Below the pieces are notes generated by a model. It was not told the origin of the DNA, made no database searches, and saw only the letters and a program-made list of their open reading frames with translations. This document shows, in pieces, positions 12,059-13,703 of a DNA stretch of 13,703 nucleotides. The position numbers and the translations under genes were made by a program. This DNA comes from Zygophlyctis sp. KS116 (lineage: Eukaryota; Fungi; Chytridiomycota): NCBI GenBank assembly GCA_054661495.1, contig BAAFSQ010000265.1:1-13703 (forward strand). The letters are read 5' to 3'. How positions within the stretch are numbered: the first letter of the stretch is position 1; every line of letters starts with the position of its first letter.

Positions 12059-12235
12059 TCAATAAATGTCCGATTTATTAAATCAAACGCAAACTAATTC
12101 ATTCCTTTAAGTATTCTTTAATTAAACTCTATCCTGTTTGGAGTCACTTTTTTTGGCTCCTCGGTTACCAAAATAAATTTCAACAGTACAGTGTCTAACT
12201 GCAATCTTAAGCTCCAAGAAAACTATCTTAATGAA

Positions 12236-12310
12236 CAACTCACTAAAGGTTCCTGATTCTACAACATGTCCATTTTCAAGCATGATGATTTGGTCCGCCT
12301 TTTGAATGGT
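12236..12310 (-). pseudogene. Orphan fragment of an ABC-transporter nucleotide-binding domain C-terminus
   Basis: TIQKADQIIMLENGHVVESGTFSEL follows the post-H-loop consensus (AHRLS)TIxxADxIxVLxxGxVVExGTxxEL. No Walker A/B, signature or H-loop upstream, where the GBE stop lies 16 bp away. Confidence 0.75.
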
Positions 12311-12326
12311 TGGTTTCAAAAAAGAT

Positions 12327-13703
12327 TTATTCTTTAAAAGACAGTACGATACATGTACGGCAAGGGAGATATACTTGAATGAAATTTGACCGATCACACC
12401 AAGGCTCTGGTGTAGAGAAGAATTCTGTATCTTCATTTATACGACCATGCCCCCCATAAATTGGAGAGTCTGAATTCAATTGTATTATGTATGTTCCTCG
12501 CCATCTAGTGCCTATTCTATAGTCTGTAAACGATTTCGTAGGATGAAAATTAAAGATCCACAATAACCGCCCTCTTTCAAACGATATGAGTTTATCAGAT
12601 TCGTGTTTTAAAGAAACATAAGTCCCTTGGGTATCAGATAACCAACTATACTCTGATTCTATTGTTAGGATATGAAATCTACCAAGAGAGTGCATAGATT
12701 TATCCCAGTTATTCAAAAATTTATAACGTAAGAGTTGATCGGAAACTAAATTAAACTGACGTCTAGCATAATGAAAACTAGATGTAAAAATACATAAAAA
12801 TAAATTGAATACCTGTTATCATTTCCTTCTCTTGGAAAATCAAGCCACTCAGGATGTCCAAATTCGTTCCCGATAAAATTCAAATATCCTTCTCCTCCCA
12901 ATCCATATGTTAAAAGTCTAAATCTAGTAAAATAACTAGCAAATACCTGATCATTTTATGAAGCGCTATTCCCCGATCAATAATTGGGGTCAGTGGTGTC
13001 AAAGTTGACATAAAATCATACATCTCTTTATCCATGAGCCAAAAAGCAAGCGTTTTATCTCCCACTAGTGCCTGATCATGAGATTCAGCATAAGCTATTG
13101 TGGGTTCCTTCCATCGGCGATTGGTTAAAGTATGGACTATATTTCCAATATCCCATTCTTCATCCTATACATTATTCTAAAAATATACAGATTGTTCTTT
13201 CAAAATTTTAATCCACATGTCAGGAATACTCATTGCTAAACGATAGTCAAACCCAATCCCCCCTTCGTAAACTGGTCTACATAGCGTTGGCATACCTGAA
13301 ACATCTTCTGCGATTGTGATAATATTTGGGTGAAGTTTATGCATGATTGCATTCGCAAGCATGAGGTATGTAACAGCCTCCAAATCGACAGAATCTCCAA
13401 AATATTCATCATAATGCCCTGAAAATCCAGTGCCCATCCCATGATGCTTATATAACATTGAAGTCACTCCATCAAAACGAAATCCATCGAATTGATATTC
13501 AACCAACCAGTAACGAAGATTTGATAAAAGAAAACGTAAAACTTCATGATGTCCGTAATTAAACAATCTTGAATCCCATAAATCATGATTTCCTCTTCCT
13601 CCTTCATGAAAATACTGATGATCTGTCCCATCAAATTGATTCAAACCATCTAAAACATTTTTTGAAGCATGAGAATGTACGACATCCAAAAGCACTACAA
13701 TCC
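12327..13703 (-). CDS. GLC3: 1,4-alpha-glucan (glycogen) branching enzyme, GH13, 3' portion (5' end outside the window)
   Basis: LLDVVHSH, catalytic [16 protein letters not shown] and YAESHDQ, plus [14 protein letters not shown]. Introns: 13165-13188 (24 nt), 12918-12946 (29), 12778-12812 (35). Confidence 0.96.

Overview
AT-rich, gene-dense eukaryotic DNA, most likely from a zoosporic (chytrid-like) fungus. The inference rests on a flagellar DRC1 gene sitting beside a fungal Ssk1-type response regulator and an Ima1 homologue, with a standard genetic code. Bases 1-3031 are a decayed LTR-retrotransposon mosaic: a Ty1/Copia RNase H fragment joined in frame to a Ty3/Gypsy protease-RT(deleted)-RNase H-integrase, followed by a PPT and a 217-bp 3' LTR. 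Bases 3422-13703 hold six intron-split genes: DRC1, SSK1-like, a secreted LRR/Cys-rich protein (frameshifted), IMA1-like, a PQ-loop protein and the 3' part of glycogen branching enzyme. The fragmented ORF track is explained by 22 very short GTA...AG introns (21 of 24-29 nt, one of 35 nt), each checked by hand for frame restoration. Other notable items are a one-repeat-per-exon plant-type LRR gene with a KR-delimited Cys-rich C-terminal domain, a 115/127-bp inverted duplication bracketing DRC1 and SSK1, and an orphan ABC-transporter fragment behind the GBE stop. Family assignments come from motif recognition only; no database search was run.
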